Of a stretch of DNA of 64,000 nucleotides, positions 37,817 to 46,326 are shown piece by piece; within the stretch, counting starts at the first letter, position 1, and each line of letters opens with the position of its first letter. Made by a program: the position numbers and the translations under genes. The stretch covers positions 5,184,001 through 5,248,000 of the forward strand of contig OZ250150.1 in assembly GCA_965237675.1 (NCBI GenBank). Direction: 5' to 3'. The DNA is from Candidatus Latescibacterota bacterium (GTDB lineage Bacteria > Latescibacterota > UBA2968 > GCA-2709665). Below the pieces are notes generated by a model, which searched no databases, was not told the origin of the DNA, and saw nothing but the letters and a program-made list of their open reading frames with translations.

Positions 37817-38851
37817 CTATTTACCCTCTCCGTATCCGCTCGTGTCCACGGTGCTCAACCGGCGGGAAAAAAGGAGGCGGATCAGCCCTGGGCCGCCCGC
37901 AACCAGGTAGGTGACGAAGGCGAGAGCATGCATCACCGTCGCGTAAGCCAGAGCATCCGTAAGCGGCACATTGCATACCGCGTAAAGGGTCTGGCTGCAA
38001 AAATAATGGTAGGTGCCGGTTCCTCCCGGGGTGGGGATAATCACACCAATGGTCGATATGACCAGGACCACGATGGCGTCGAAAAAATCGAGGTGGTACC
38101 GGGACGGAAAACCGAAGGCGAAGAATGTGACGTAAGACGTCAAGATATAGGTCAGGTTGAGAAGGATGCTGGACACGAGGATGCCGAGATAGCCCGAGGT
38201 CGCGTGAACGCCGCCCAGACCCTGAAACAGCGACTGGAGAATTTCAATCAGCCGGTCCGCCACCGGTTGGGAGAGCCATCGGAAAGGTTTACGCAGAAAA
38301 ATCAATGCGCGATCACCGTAGACCGACAGAAGCCCGATGAGAACAAGAAAACCCACGGTGGCCGCAAGGGCGAGGAGCGCAACTCCCTCCATCCATGGGA
38401 ACGCGGTGACGATTTTGCTTCTGGAAAAATAAAGGATGCCTCCGAGAAAGATGAGGAGGGCCAGCATGTCGATCGCCCGTTCTACCAGAATGGTGGCGAG
38501 AATACCGCTCAATGGCAGACGCTCGTCTTTTTGAAGCGAGACCCCGCGCGCAATCTCTCCCGCGCGCGAGATGACGTTCGCGGCGGCATAACCCACGAGG
38601 ATGGCAAGGCTGGCTCTCCCTAAGGAAATCCGATGACTGACGGGTTTCAACAGGATCTGCCAACGCCAGGCGCGGGGGAGAATCGATAGAACGAGAAGCA
38701 AAACACTCAAGGCAAGCCAGGGAACCCTGGCTTGCCTTACGGCAGACCACAGTTGGGCTGGCGCGACGCCATGAAAGGCCAACCATAGAAATCCTGCGGC
38801 AAGCGCGACGCCGATGACAAATTTGAGCAGTGTCTTTAAAGAGTGCGTCAC
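37817..38851 (-). CDS. Lysylphosphatidylglycerol synthase TM / UPF0104 flippase-like protein
   Basis: RAWRW..LL, GY.AN....RAGE..R, ER..D, PTPGGTGTYH. Confidence 0.88.
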   Translation of the reverse strand: MTHSLKTLLKFVIGVALAAGFLWLAFHGVAPAQLWSAVRQARVPWLALSVLLLVLSILPRAWRWQILLKPVSHRISLGRASLAILVGYAAANVISRAGEIARGVSLQKDERLPLSGILATILVERAIDMLALLIFLGGILYFSRSKIVTAFPWMEGVALLALAATVGFLVLIGLLSVYGDRALIFLRKPFRWLSQPVADRLIEILQSLFQGLGGVHATSGYLGILVSSILLNLTYILTSYVTFFAFGFPSRYHLDFFDAIVVLVISTIGVIIPTPGGTGTYHYFCSQTLYAVCNVPLTDALAYATVMHALAFVTYLVAGGPGLIRLLFSRRLSTVDTSGYGEGK

Positions 38852-38875
38852 AGGGGCTCTCGTAAATATCCTCGT

Positions 38876-39766
38876 TCAGTAACCGAATCCGCGCAGGGCT
38901 TGTTCCTTATTTCGCCAGTTCTGGTGAACTTTCACACGCAGATCCAGATAGATGGGAGCGTTAAGAAAGGCCTCTATCTTACCCCTGGCAATTTTGCCGA
39001 TGGATTTGAGGGTTTTTCCGTTTCCACCGATGACGATACCCTTCTGGGACTTTCGTTCGACGACAATACTGGCACTTATGTAGGTTTTGGGTCTGTCTTC
39101 GCGGAAGGCCTCCACCTTGACCGCCGTCGCGTAGGGCAATTCCTGCCGGAGTTGCAGGAAAATCTCCTCACGGATGAGTTCGGCCACAAAAAACCGCTGC
39201 GGGTGCTCGGTAAGCATGTCTTCCGGGTAGTAAACGGGACCAGGAGGTAGCGCCTCCTCCAGACTGGCCCGGAGCAGCTCGACATTGAAACCGGTCTGGG
39301 CGGAAACCGGAAAAACTTCCCGAACAGTTGCTTCTTTTCTGACGCGATCCACGCAACGCTGCGCCCGGGCGGTGGAAACCAGGTCGGACTTATTCACGGC
39401 GACGATGCGCGGGCTTCTGACCCTGAGCAGGATTTCTCGTACTTCCTGGTCGAAGGTGCCTTCAAAGTCGGATGCATCTATCACACCGAGAAATACATCC
39501 GCGTCGCTGACGGAACGCCGAATCTGATCGCTCATCCGCTCGTGAAGACCGTAGCCCGGCTTAAGCAATCCCGGCGTATCCAGAAAAATCATCTGGGATG
39601 TTCGGGAGGTGAGGATGCCCAGAACCCGATGCCGCGTGGTCTGGGGTTTGGCGGTCACAATGGACAGGCGTTCGCCGACGAGCAGATTGAACAGCGTGGA
39701 TTTGCCCACGTTGGCTTTGCCGGCGATGGCGATGAATCCGGATTTAAAATCGGCAGCGCTTCGCAT
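38876..39766 (-). CDS. era: GTPase Era
   Basis: GKANVGKST, KPQTTR, DTPG, NKSD, ELPY, SQKGIVIG (KH domain). Confidence 0.96.
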   Translation of the reverse strand: MRSAADFKSGFIAIAGKANVGKSTLFNLLVGERLSIVTAKPQTTRHRVLGILTSRTSQMIFLDTPGLLKPGYGLHERMSDQIRRSVSDADVFLGVIDASDFEGTFDQEVREILLRVRSPRIVAVNKSDLVSTARAQRCVDRVRKEATVREVFPVSAQTGFNVELLRASLEEALPPGPVYYPEDMLTEHPQRFFVAELIREEIFLQLRQELPYATAVKVEAFREDRPKTYISASIVVERKSQKGIVIGGNGKTLKSIGKIARGKIEAFLNAPIYLDLRVKVHQNWRNKEQALRGFGY

Positions 39767-39781
39767 GGATGTGCTCAGAAG

Positions 39782-40729
39782 TCAGAAATACAAGGAGCCC
39801 GAGATGCGGTAGGTATTGTCCAATTCACCGTGTTCCAGAAAGGCGAGATCGAAAGCAACGCGTCCACGGAGACGGACGCCCGCACCCGCTGTAAAGTGAT
39901 TTCCCCGCGCACCGAGGCGGAAGGCCAGCTTTTTTCGGTAGACGTATTCGACGCCAATCCGAACCCCCTGAAAGTTCTCGACGGCGGATTCTTCTTCACC
40001 GATGCGGAGACTCCCGCTGCAGGTGATGAGTCCGTTAACCGCCGCGACCGGCCGTACGAGCGCCAGTCCAATCACAAGGACCGGAGGAACGCGGTCGGAT
40101 GTACCCGAGTCGAAGGTGATCTTCATTGGAATGAGATTGCGAATCAGAAGGCCGGCCGTCACGTGCGGCCGAGGCATATAGAGCATGCCGAAGTCAATAC
40201 CAAATCCCGACCCCGTACCGGTGCCGAGCCTGCGGGATACGAGCTTCACCCCGGTACCTGCGAACAGATTAGACCGCAGGCCGCGGCCATAGGCAAGGTG
40301 GAGATGGTATTCGGTTGTACCCACGACACGGGATACGACGGGACGATTATCCGGGGCCGGCGGGAGCGCTGGGTTCTCGAGAGTGGTGAGCTTGACGCCG
40401 TCCACCCCCAGGCGGGTGAGGCCGACGCCAAAGCCGCCGATCGGAGAGGGGCCGCAAAGGGTAAAGACGTCATGGTTGACCGTGCCGCCGAACTGCTCGG
40501 CATGTTGAATCTGCAATTCTGTTTGTCGCAGGCGCTGAAGGCCTGCCGGGTTCCAGTAGATGGCGGTGGCGTCGTCGCTGACGGCCACAAAAGCGCTTCC
40601 CATCCCCAGCGGTCTTGCGCCTGCTCCGAGCTGCAGTGGGTCTTCTGAATAACGTGTTTCGGACTGCGCATGAACAGGAATGGGCCGCGACAGCGCCAGT
40701 GTGAGAATCGTTAGGAGGACGTGCTTCAC
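39782..40729 (-). CDS. PorV/PorQ family outer-membrane protein
   Basis: LQLGAGARPLGMGSAFVAVSDDATAIYWNPAGL; C-terminal YRISGSLYF. Confidence 0.85.
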   Translation of the reverse strand: MKHVLLTILTLALSRPIPVHAQSETRYSEDPLQLGAGARPLGMGSAFVAVSDDATAIYWNPAGLQRLRQTELQIQHAEQFGGTVNHDVFTLCGPSPIGGFGVGLTRLGVDGVKLTTLENPALPPAPDNRPVVSRVVGTTEYHLHLAYGRGLRSNLFAGTGVKLVSRRLGTGTGSGFGIDFGMLYMPRPHVTAGLLIRNLIPMKITFDSGTSDRVPPVLVIGLALVRPVAAVNGLITCSGSLRIGEEESAVENFQGVRIGVEYVYRKKLAFRLGARGNHFTAGAGVRLRGRVAFDLAFLEHGELDNTYRISGSLYF

Positions 40730-41313
40730 GGGAACGGCTCTTCAGGTATGGATTCGACGATTGGAATGAGTATGGCGTTGCTCCCGGCGCGGAGAGCGGA
40801 ATCCAGCGCTTTGATGTCGGACGAGTCGAGGACGATGCCACCGGTCTGAGCGGGTACGTGAAATCCGTGCGGCTGGATGAGCAGGGTAGGAGAAAAATAA
40901 AGCCTGGAACGACCGTGGGGCCCCTCAATTAGCCGACCGCTGAAGTCGAGCGGCAAACGGCGGCCTCGAAGCCTGACTCCGGCGTTTCCGGGTTCGGCGC
41001 TCACCGGGGCGAGCCTGGCGATCATTTTGAGTTGTAAAGACGACCGGCTCAACCCTCCCGTGAGACGGTATTTCTGAATTGCGCAGGATCTCAACATGTG
41101 CGCACCGGCTTTCAGATAGAGCTTGCCGGCCGGCAGATCGATTACGAGGTAGTAGGCGTCGGGATCCTCCCTGACAAACCGAACTTCGAGTGCCAGGGCC
41201 TGATTTCTGTTTCGGAGAACCTGCTCGAGCGAGTCCGGCACACTCTGGCCGCATGCCGCGGGGGGCGGTATGAACCAGACGACCGGGATGGAAATGATGA
41301 CACGCAGGATCAA
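40726..41313 (-). CDS. L,D-transpeptidase-like protein lacking the catalytic Cys
   Basis: TTG start overlaps the upstream TGA. YYLVIDL...KLYL and QTGGIVLDSSDI align with the neighbouring LDT (ITHGCIRLNDADL). Confidence 0.65.
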   Translation of the reverse strand: MILRVIISIPVVWFIPPPAACGQSVPDSLEQVLRNRNQALALEVRFVREDPDAYYLVIDLPAGKLYLKAGAHMLRSCAIQKYRLTGGLSRSSLQLKMIARLAPVSAEPGNAGVRLRGRRLPLDFSGRLIEGPHGRSRLYFSPTLLIQPHGFHVPAQTGGIVLDSSDIKALDSALRAGSNAILIPIVESIPEEPFP

Positions 41314-41936
41314 TAGATGTATACGCGACTTCCTTTCTGCGCCCGAGCGAATGTCGCCTCGAGGTCGGCGTCGTTCAGACGAATACACCCGTGCGTGATG
41401 TTGCGGCCAATGAGATTCGGGTAGAGGTTTCCGTGAATTTCGTAACCGTCGCCCAACTCCAGCGCATATTTGCCCAGCGTGACCGGATCCAGGCGGTCGA
41501 AATCCCAAGGCAGTACCGGGGCCTCCCGACCTGCCTCCACAAAAGCCCATTCCGGTTTCTTCCATATCGGATTCACCACTTTACGCCGGATTTCGAATCG
41601 CCCTTTCGGTGTATTGAACCGCCACAGTTTCCGTTTGTCGCTCAATAGAATCTTGCCGCTGCCGGTTGCGCAGACCGCTTCCTCCAACAGCCGATTCCGG
41701 TGCCATACCTGGAGGCGGTTGTGTACCGTGTCGATTACAAAATGCGGCCTTTCGTCCCTCAACCGGTTGAGGGCGGCCTCCAGCGTTTCGATGTCCGCTG
41801 AAAGATGATCTGCCGTGGAGGATCGGGCCGGGGTGCCGGTCGGCTCGGAACCCGCGCTCTGACTGTCCGGAGGGCGAGTCCGGCACGCGGCGGCGACCAC
41901 CACCGGCAGAAGCAGAACAACAATAAACCGGCGCAT
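41310..41936 (-). CDS. L,D-transpeptidase (YkuD family) lipoprotein
   Basis: Lipobox AAAC; CATGSG, TPKG, P.W..P.W, EIHG, THGCIRL. Confidence 0.92.
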   Translation of the reverse strand: MRRFIVVLLLPVVVAAACRTRPPDSQSAGSEPTGTPARSSTADHLSADIETLEAALNRLRDERPHFVIDTVHNRLQVWHRNRLLEEAVCATGSGKILLSDKRKLWRFNTPKGRFEIRRKVVNPIWKKPEWAFVEAGREAPVLPWDFDRLDPVTLGKYALELGDGYEIHGNLYPNLIGRNITHGCIRLNDADLEATFARAQKGSRVYIY

Positions 41937-41950
41937 GCAAACGGTACCTA

Positions 41951-41996
41951 AAACTGGAAAACCGAGAAGAGAGCAGACTTCTCGGTTTTCCAGTTT
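41951..41996. terminator. Perfect 19-bp hairpin between the lipoprotein and LDT genes
   Basis: AAACTGGAAAACCGAGAAG-N8-CTTCTCGGTTTTCCAGTTT. Confidence 0.75.
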
Positions 41997-42035
41997 AAAC
42001 TAATATGGTAAAGAAAATGACAAACTGGCATTAGA

Positions 42036-42638
42036 TTAACGCAGATACCAGGCGTTGTTTTGCTCTTTCCAATCTTCGATTTTCTGCATTGCGGTTGAAA
42101 CGGCGTCCTGTACTCCGCCCAGCTTGCTTTCCGCGGCCTGGGCATGGGCCAACGCGTCGTTGAACATGCCGTTTTCCAGGCTGCCTTTTGCACTATTCAG
42201 CGAAGCTTCGGCCTCGCCAAGGTCGGCATCAAGCTGGCCCAGATCCCCATCCGCGCCTTTTCCGCGGGGGGCCGCGCTAAGCGCTTCCCGGGCTCCCGCC
42301 AGCATGGGAGACGTCGAATCGATGATAGCCTGAGCGCCGTCGCGTGTTTTGGCCTTGTTTGTTTCAGCCTGAGACACGGACTGGTTCGCGCGTTCCTCAG
42401 CCTCGATGGCAGCGGCTCTGGCCTCCTTGTATTCGCCTTGTTCTACTTTGTCTTTGGAGTCTTTCAGGGTGTTCGTGGCCGAACGGAAAATTTCTTCGGC
42501 GTAGACATCAGCCTCGGCGGCCTTGGCTTTGCTGAGGGCGCCTTCAGCGGCTTTGATTTCCTCTTCGGGCGGTTGTTCGCAAGCCACAAAGGCCGCGGAA
42601 AAACAGACAACAAGGCCAATCCTCAGGACAGATCGCAT
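42036..42638 (-). CDS. Ala-rich helical lipoprotein (DUF4398-like)
   Basis: Lipobox FVAC, then PPEEEIKAAEGALSKAKAAEADVYA; two helical repeats. Confidence 0.82.
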   Translation of the reverse strand: MRSVLRIGLVVCFSAAFVACEQPPEEEIKAAEGALSKAKAAEADVYAEEIFRSATNTLKDSKDKVEQGEYKEARAAAIEAEERANQSVSQAETNKAKTRDGAQAIIDSTSPMLAGAREALSAAPRGKGADGDLGQLDADLGEAEASLNSAKGSLENGMFNDALAHAQAAESKLGGVQDAVSTAMQKIEDWKEQNNAWYLR

Positions 42639-42737
42639 CTCCCCTCCTTGGTTGATAAGACCTGAAATGTTGGTAGTAAATCAAACAGAAATAACCATTT
42701 CCGCACCATCTCATTGGTTATGCACTCGTACGGCAGA

Positions 42738-42766
42738 AAGATACATCTTAAGCTCGACAAAGTCAA
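42738..42766 (-). promoter_or_regulatory. Sigma70-type promoter of the lipoprotein-LDT cluster
   Basis: TTGACT-N17-TATCTT on the minus strand. Confidence 0.55.
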
Positions 42767-43213
42767 GCGATTTCTCTAGAAATTTCGCCCCGGCAAACAC
42801 CGAACGGATTATCCATCTACCCGTCGATGCATGGAATTCGCCCACCGCCAGGCGAAAGTGGAATCGCCAAGCATATCAGGTAAAATGCCGGCAACAGAAG
42901 CTATTTAATGTGATGAACACGCTCGTATCAAGTAACGGATCACGTCACGGCATACCGCGTCATCAACCCGGTTGTGGCCGATTCCGCCATTTTCGCAATC
43001 GGCCTTTTGCGGTTGCGTGCCGTTGGTGCAACCGCTATATTGCGGACACACCGGGGTTCCCCGGTACTTCGGCCCGGCGCAAATTCGGTTCCCACATCGG
43101 GATTCGAATGTGAAAGTCCGCCGGTTACGCCACGCGTGAATCCACCGGCGAATATTGCGTAAGTCCATATAAAGTCATAGACATATTGGTTGTGCATATT
43201 ACGGGAGAAATCC

Positions 43214-43450
43214 ATGGGTTTTGAAAACGAACTGGGTGTGGCCGCGCTTTCGGTGTTGGGGGCGCTACTGTTTCGATGGTTTGGCGTTCCCAAACGCTGG
43301 ACGCCGGTGACGCCGTTGGTTTTGTCGATCCTGATCGTCGCGTTGTTCGGAGAGGTTGATACGGTGAAGGCGGTGTTCACGAGCGGACTGGTCAGCGGGC
43401 TATTCGCCAATGGATTCCTATTCCTTATTCCGAACACCCGGAATGGATGA
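43214..43450 (+). CDS. Small membrane protein (holin-like pattern)
   Basis: 78 aa with three hydrophobic segments and a GGGAG RBS. Its 3' end overlaps the convergent TPR gene by 33 bp. Confidence 0.55.
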   Translation: MGFENELGVAALSVLGALLFRWFGVPKRWTPVTPLVLSILIVALFGEVDTVKAVFTSGLVSGLFANGFLFLIPNTRNG

Positions 43451-44629
43451 TCTTATTCTAAGACGATTCAGATCATCCAGAAGTTGTTTGGCGTCGTACA
43501 CAACGGTATTCTTGGAAATGCGTTTTTCCTTGCGCACGTAGGTTTCAAGCGCTTCACGGGCGCGATCGTGGCGACCGCCTCGAAAGCAGGCCAAACCCAG
43601 GTAATAGTAGACGTCTGTCTGCGTGGAATCGACCTTAACCGCGTTTTGTAGATGCTTGATGGCATTCGCATAATTACGGACATTGAAGTATGACACCCCC
43701 AATTTGAGATACGCCGAAGCGTCGTCGGCCCCGGTGGCAATCGCTTTTCGGTAGGTATCGACGGCGGATTTGAAATCCCCTCGGTTAAATGCCAGGTTGC
43801 CGAGACTCACATACGCCTCGCCGTATTGAGGATCGATCTCCAGAGCTTTCAGGTAGGCGGCCCGCGCCTTCCTGAGATTCCCTTCCTGAGCATAGGCCAT
43901 ACCCAGATTTCTGTAGATGTAACGGCGTTCGGTGTCTTCGGTCTGGAACCGAAGCGCCATTTCGTAGATTTCAATGGCCTTGTCGGTCTTTCCGGTGTAG
44001 ATGTAAGTAAGGCCCAGATTAAGATAGGCGTCGGTGTACTTGTCATTGAGCTTGACCGCCCGTCTGTATTCCGCGATAGCCTGATCGGCGTATCCTTTAT
44101 GGTAATAGGCCAGGCCCATCAGGTTACGTACAAATGCCGACCCGGGTTTGAGTTCCAGAGCGGTTTTATAATGCGAAAGGGCCGAATCATAGTTCCCTTT
44201 GTGGTAGTATGTTCTGCCCAGGTCGACCCGAGCCTGGAAAAGGTTCGGATTGGCTCGTATCGACCGTTTCAGATAAACAAGCCGCTCGTCCGGGCGGGTT
44301 AACAGGCGCCCATACAGGTAGAGACCGACGGCGGCCCCCGGCCGGGCGCGCAGGCGCCTCAAATATTCGGCAAGCAACTCCCGGCGGCGGTCGGTCTTGA
44401 GCATCAGGTCCTGGTAGTGAATATTTGCCTGGATATCGTCGGGCTTGCTTCTGACCAGACGCCGAAAATGAGCCAGTTCGGCTTCATTCGGAACGCCTTC
44501 GGCGCCCCGGACAGGGCTTCCGAACCATCCAATGACAAGAGGCACAATAAGGATCAGACGGGTTAACACTGGCACTCCAGCGGTCAATCGTCGAAGTTGG
44601 GATTTCGTCGGCGCTGGATCGGTTCGCAT
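43418..44629 (-). CDS. TPR-repeat protein with N-terminal signal/TM segment
   Basis: About eight TPR motifs (e.g. AYLNLGLTY, AYVSLGNLAF). Start position uncertain. Confidence 0.88.
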   Translation of the reverse strand: MRTDPAPTKSQLRRLTAGVPVLTRLILIVPLVIGWFGSPVRGAEGVPNEAELAHFRRLVRSKPDDIQANIHYQDLMLKTDRRRELLAEYLRRLRARPGAAVGLYLYGRLLTRPDERLVYLKRSIRANPNLFQARVDLGRTYYHKGNYDSALSHYKTALELKPGSAFVRNLMGLAYYHKGYADQAIAEYRRAVKLNDKYTDAYLNLGLTYIYTGKTDKAIEIYEMALRFQTEDTERRYIYRNLGMAYAQEGNLRKARAAYLKALEIDPQYGEAYVSLGNLAFNRGDFKSAVDTYRKAIATGADDASAYLKLGVSYFNVRNYANAIKHLQNAVKVDSTQTDVYYYLGLACFRGGRHDRAREALETYVRKEKRISKNTVVYDAKQLLDDLNRLRIRSSIPGVRNKE

Positions 44630-44709
44630 CGGGGTTTGGAAGTCAGGCCCTGCCTGCGACCTGATCGCAGTCCGAGACGTTGACGCCGTGAACCGCGGAC
44701 CCGACCATG

Positions 44710-44747
44710 AAAAGGGGTGATAGCATCGTCTCTATCGCCCCTTTTTT
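44710..44747. terminator. Bidirectional intrinsic terminator
   Basis: AAAAGGGGTGATAG-N8-CTATCGCCCCTTTTTT. Confidence 0.7.
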
Positions 44748-45007
44748 CCGTACTGAAGACAATTTTCAGGCCGCAACGCCATGAAACCCTATGGAAATTG
44801 ATGACTTATATCGAATCACACAAGCCACGGCAGGACAGAAAGTGAAGACGCGCGGTGAACCGCAATATCCCCTATGGCGATCTGGCCCGGTCCATCAGGC
44901 TGGTCGATCAATTCGGTGTTGTCCTCCTGCAAGGGCGGCCCCATCGTGGCTGCAGGGTCGGCTTTATTGGCGCGGTACATCGGAGAAACGGAACGATTAT
45001 CCGGCAC

Positions 45008-45868
45008 CTATCTGTCTTTCTTCAGGAGAACGCTCAGAGGTCGTTTGGGTTTGTAGAGATAGATCACGTCGGCCGGGTCGAGCATCGTATTGAAAATGGC
45101 AATTTCATCAATCTTGCCGGAATAGGCCGTCGTGTAATGGTTGAATCGAATGGCCATTTCGTCCAGTTTCCACGTAATATCGCGCCGGATTTTCCTCTTC
45201 CGGCCTATTTCTTCACCGTCGACGAAGAGCGCGTATTCGGCATCGGTGTTGCCGCTGTTGATATTGGACCACGTTACAACAATATGGTGCCATTGATCGG
45301 ATTTCCAGTTGAGCTTCTCATACCGGATCGTCCATTGTTTCACCTGGTCTTCCCGTACTGCCCCCGTTTTGTCGGGGTAACAGCCGAAGCGAAGGGCGCT
45401 GGGAGGACGATCCTTCTGGCTTTTTTCGAAGTCTACGAAGATGACCGCATCATCCCATTTTTTTCCTATGGAGAAGGGCTCGGGGAACTTCTCCGTGAAG
45501 TCGCTATTGGGATCGACGCTTAACCAGAAAGAGACCCCGCCGGACCAAGGTTTACCCGCTGCGTAGGGAAAGTTGTCCTGGGCCGAATAGCTGAGATAGG
45601 TCGCGTCGTTCGCGAACGAAACGAAGCCGTCCTCCTTGCCGCCGGTGAACTCATGCCGGGGCGGGCTGCTCGTCTCCATTTCAGCAACCGTGCCTTTCTT
45701 TTTTGTTAGCGCCTCGAAACGAGATCTGTCGTCAAAATTCGCAAAAAAAAGGACGTTCGCCGCGAGTTTTTCCTCAATTTTTTTCTCAGGGCCACCACAG
45801 CCGGAAAAACCGAGCACGGCAACCGGAATTGTGATCAGGTGCAAAAGGCGGGAAGAGCACCGTGACAT
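45008..45868 (-). CDS. LamG-like jellyroll lipoprotein
   Basis: Lipobox FSGC; SFWL, WHHIVVTW, LFVDG, GKIDEIAIFN. Confidence 0.82.
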   Translation of the reverse strand: MSRCSSRLLHLITIPVAVLGFSGCGGPEKKIEEKLAANVLFFANFDDRSRFEALTKKKGTVAEMETSSPPRHEFTGGKEDGFVSFANDATYLSYSAQDNFPYAAGKPWSGGVSFWLSVDPNSDFTEKFPEPFSIGKKWDDAVIFVDFEKSQKDRPPSALRFGCYPDKTGAVREDQVKQWTIRYEKLNWKSDQWHHIVVTWSNINSGNTDAEYALFVDGEEIGRKRKIRRDITWKLDEMAIRFNHYTTAYSGKIDEIAIFNTMLDPADVIYLYKPKRPLSVLLKKDR

Positions 45869-46054
45869 AAGGCACATCTCCTTTCAGGAGAGGTTGAGAT
45901 CGATGAGCACGTTAAACCGGCCGTAACAGCGAATCACCAATATAAAAAAAGCCTGTTCGGGCGCAAGCGTTTTTCTCGTTTCCGGTCCGCAGACAAGGAC
46001 GGAAGGAGCCGCGAAGGCCAGAAAAATCAGATGATTAGAGCAACAGAAAATGCC

Positions 46055-46083
46055 TTGACAACGGTTTTCTAATTTATTATATC
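46055..46083 (+). promoter_or_regulatory. Sigma70-type promoter upstream of the M28-FtsX gene
   Basis: TTGACA-N17-TATATC in an AT-rich stretch. Confidence 0.55.
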
Positions 46084-46326
46084 GAAATTTCGTAGACTGC
46101 CCGAAACGGCCAGTTTTTCGGACGACGCCGTCGGCGACCGCCGCGGTGGGTTCCGCGGCCATCCGCAATGCGCGTAATGATCGCCCGCCGCTGAAATCGC
46201 GCCCACGCTTTGGAATGCAGTCCCGGCAACACCTGCGACTGCTGTCCGGCCCTTTGTCGTGAAACGCTGACAGGGTTAAGGCGGCCGAAACGAAAATTGA
46301 GTTTCTCAAAGATTCAGGAGTTGACA

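Noticed and set aside
42780-43200. Hairpin-rich intergenic region, possible tRNA or riboswitch
   Set aside because: No cloverleaf or T-loop and no recognisable riboswitch consensus. The short ORFs here look non-coding.
46210-46326. ORF-track upstream starts (also at 15786, 18446, 41565, 52876, 59325, 61212)
   Set aside because: Downstream starts have RBS support and match family N-termini.
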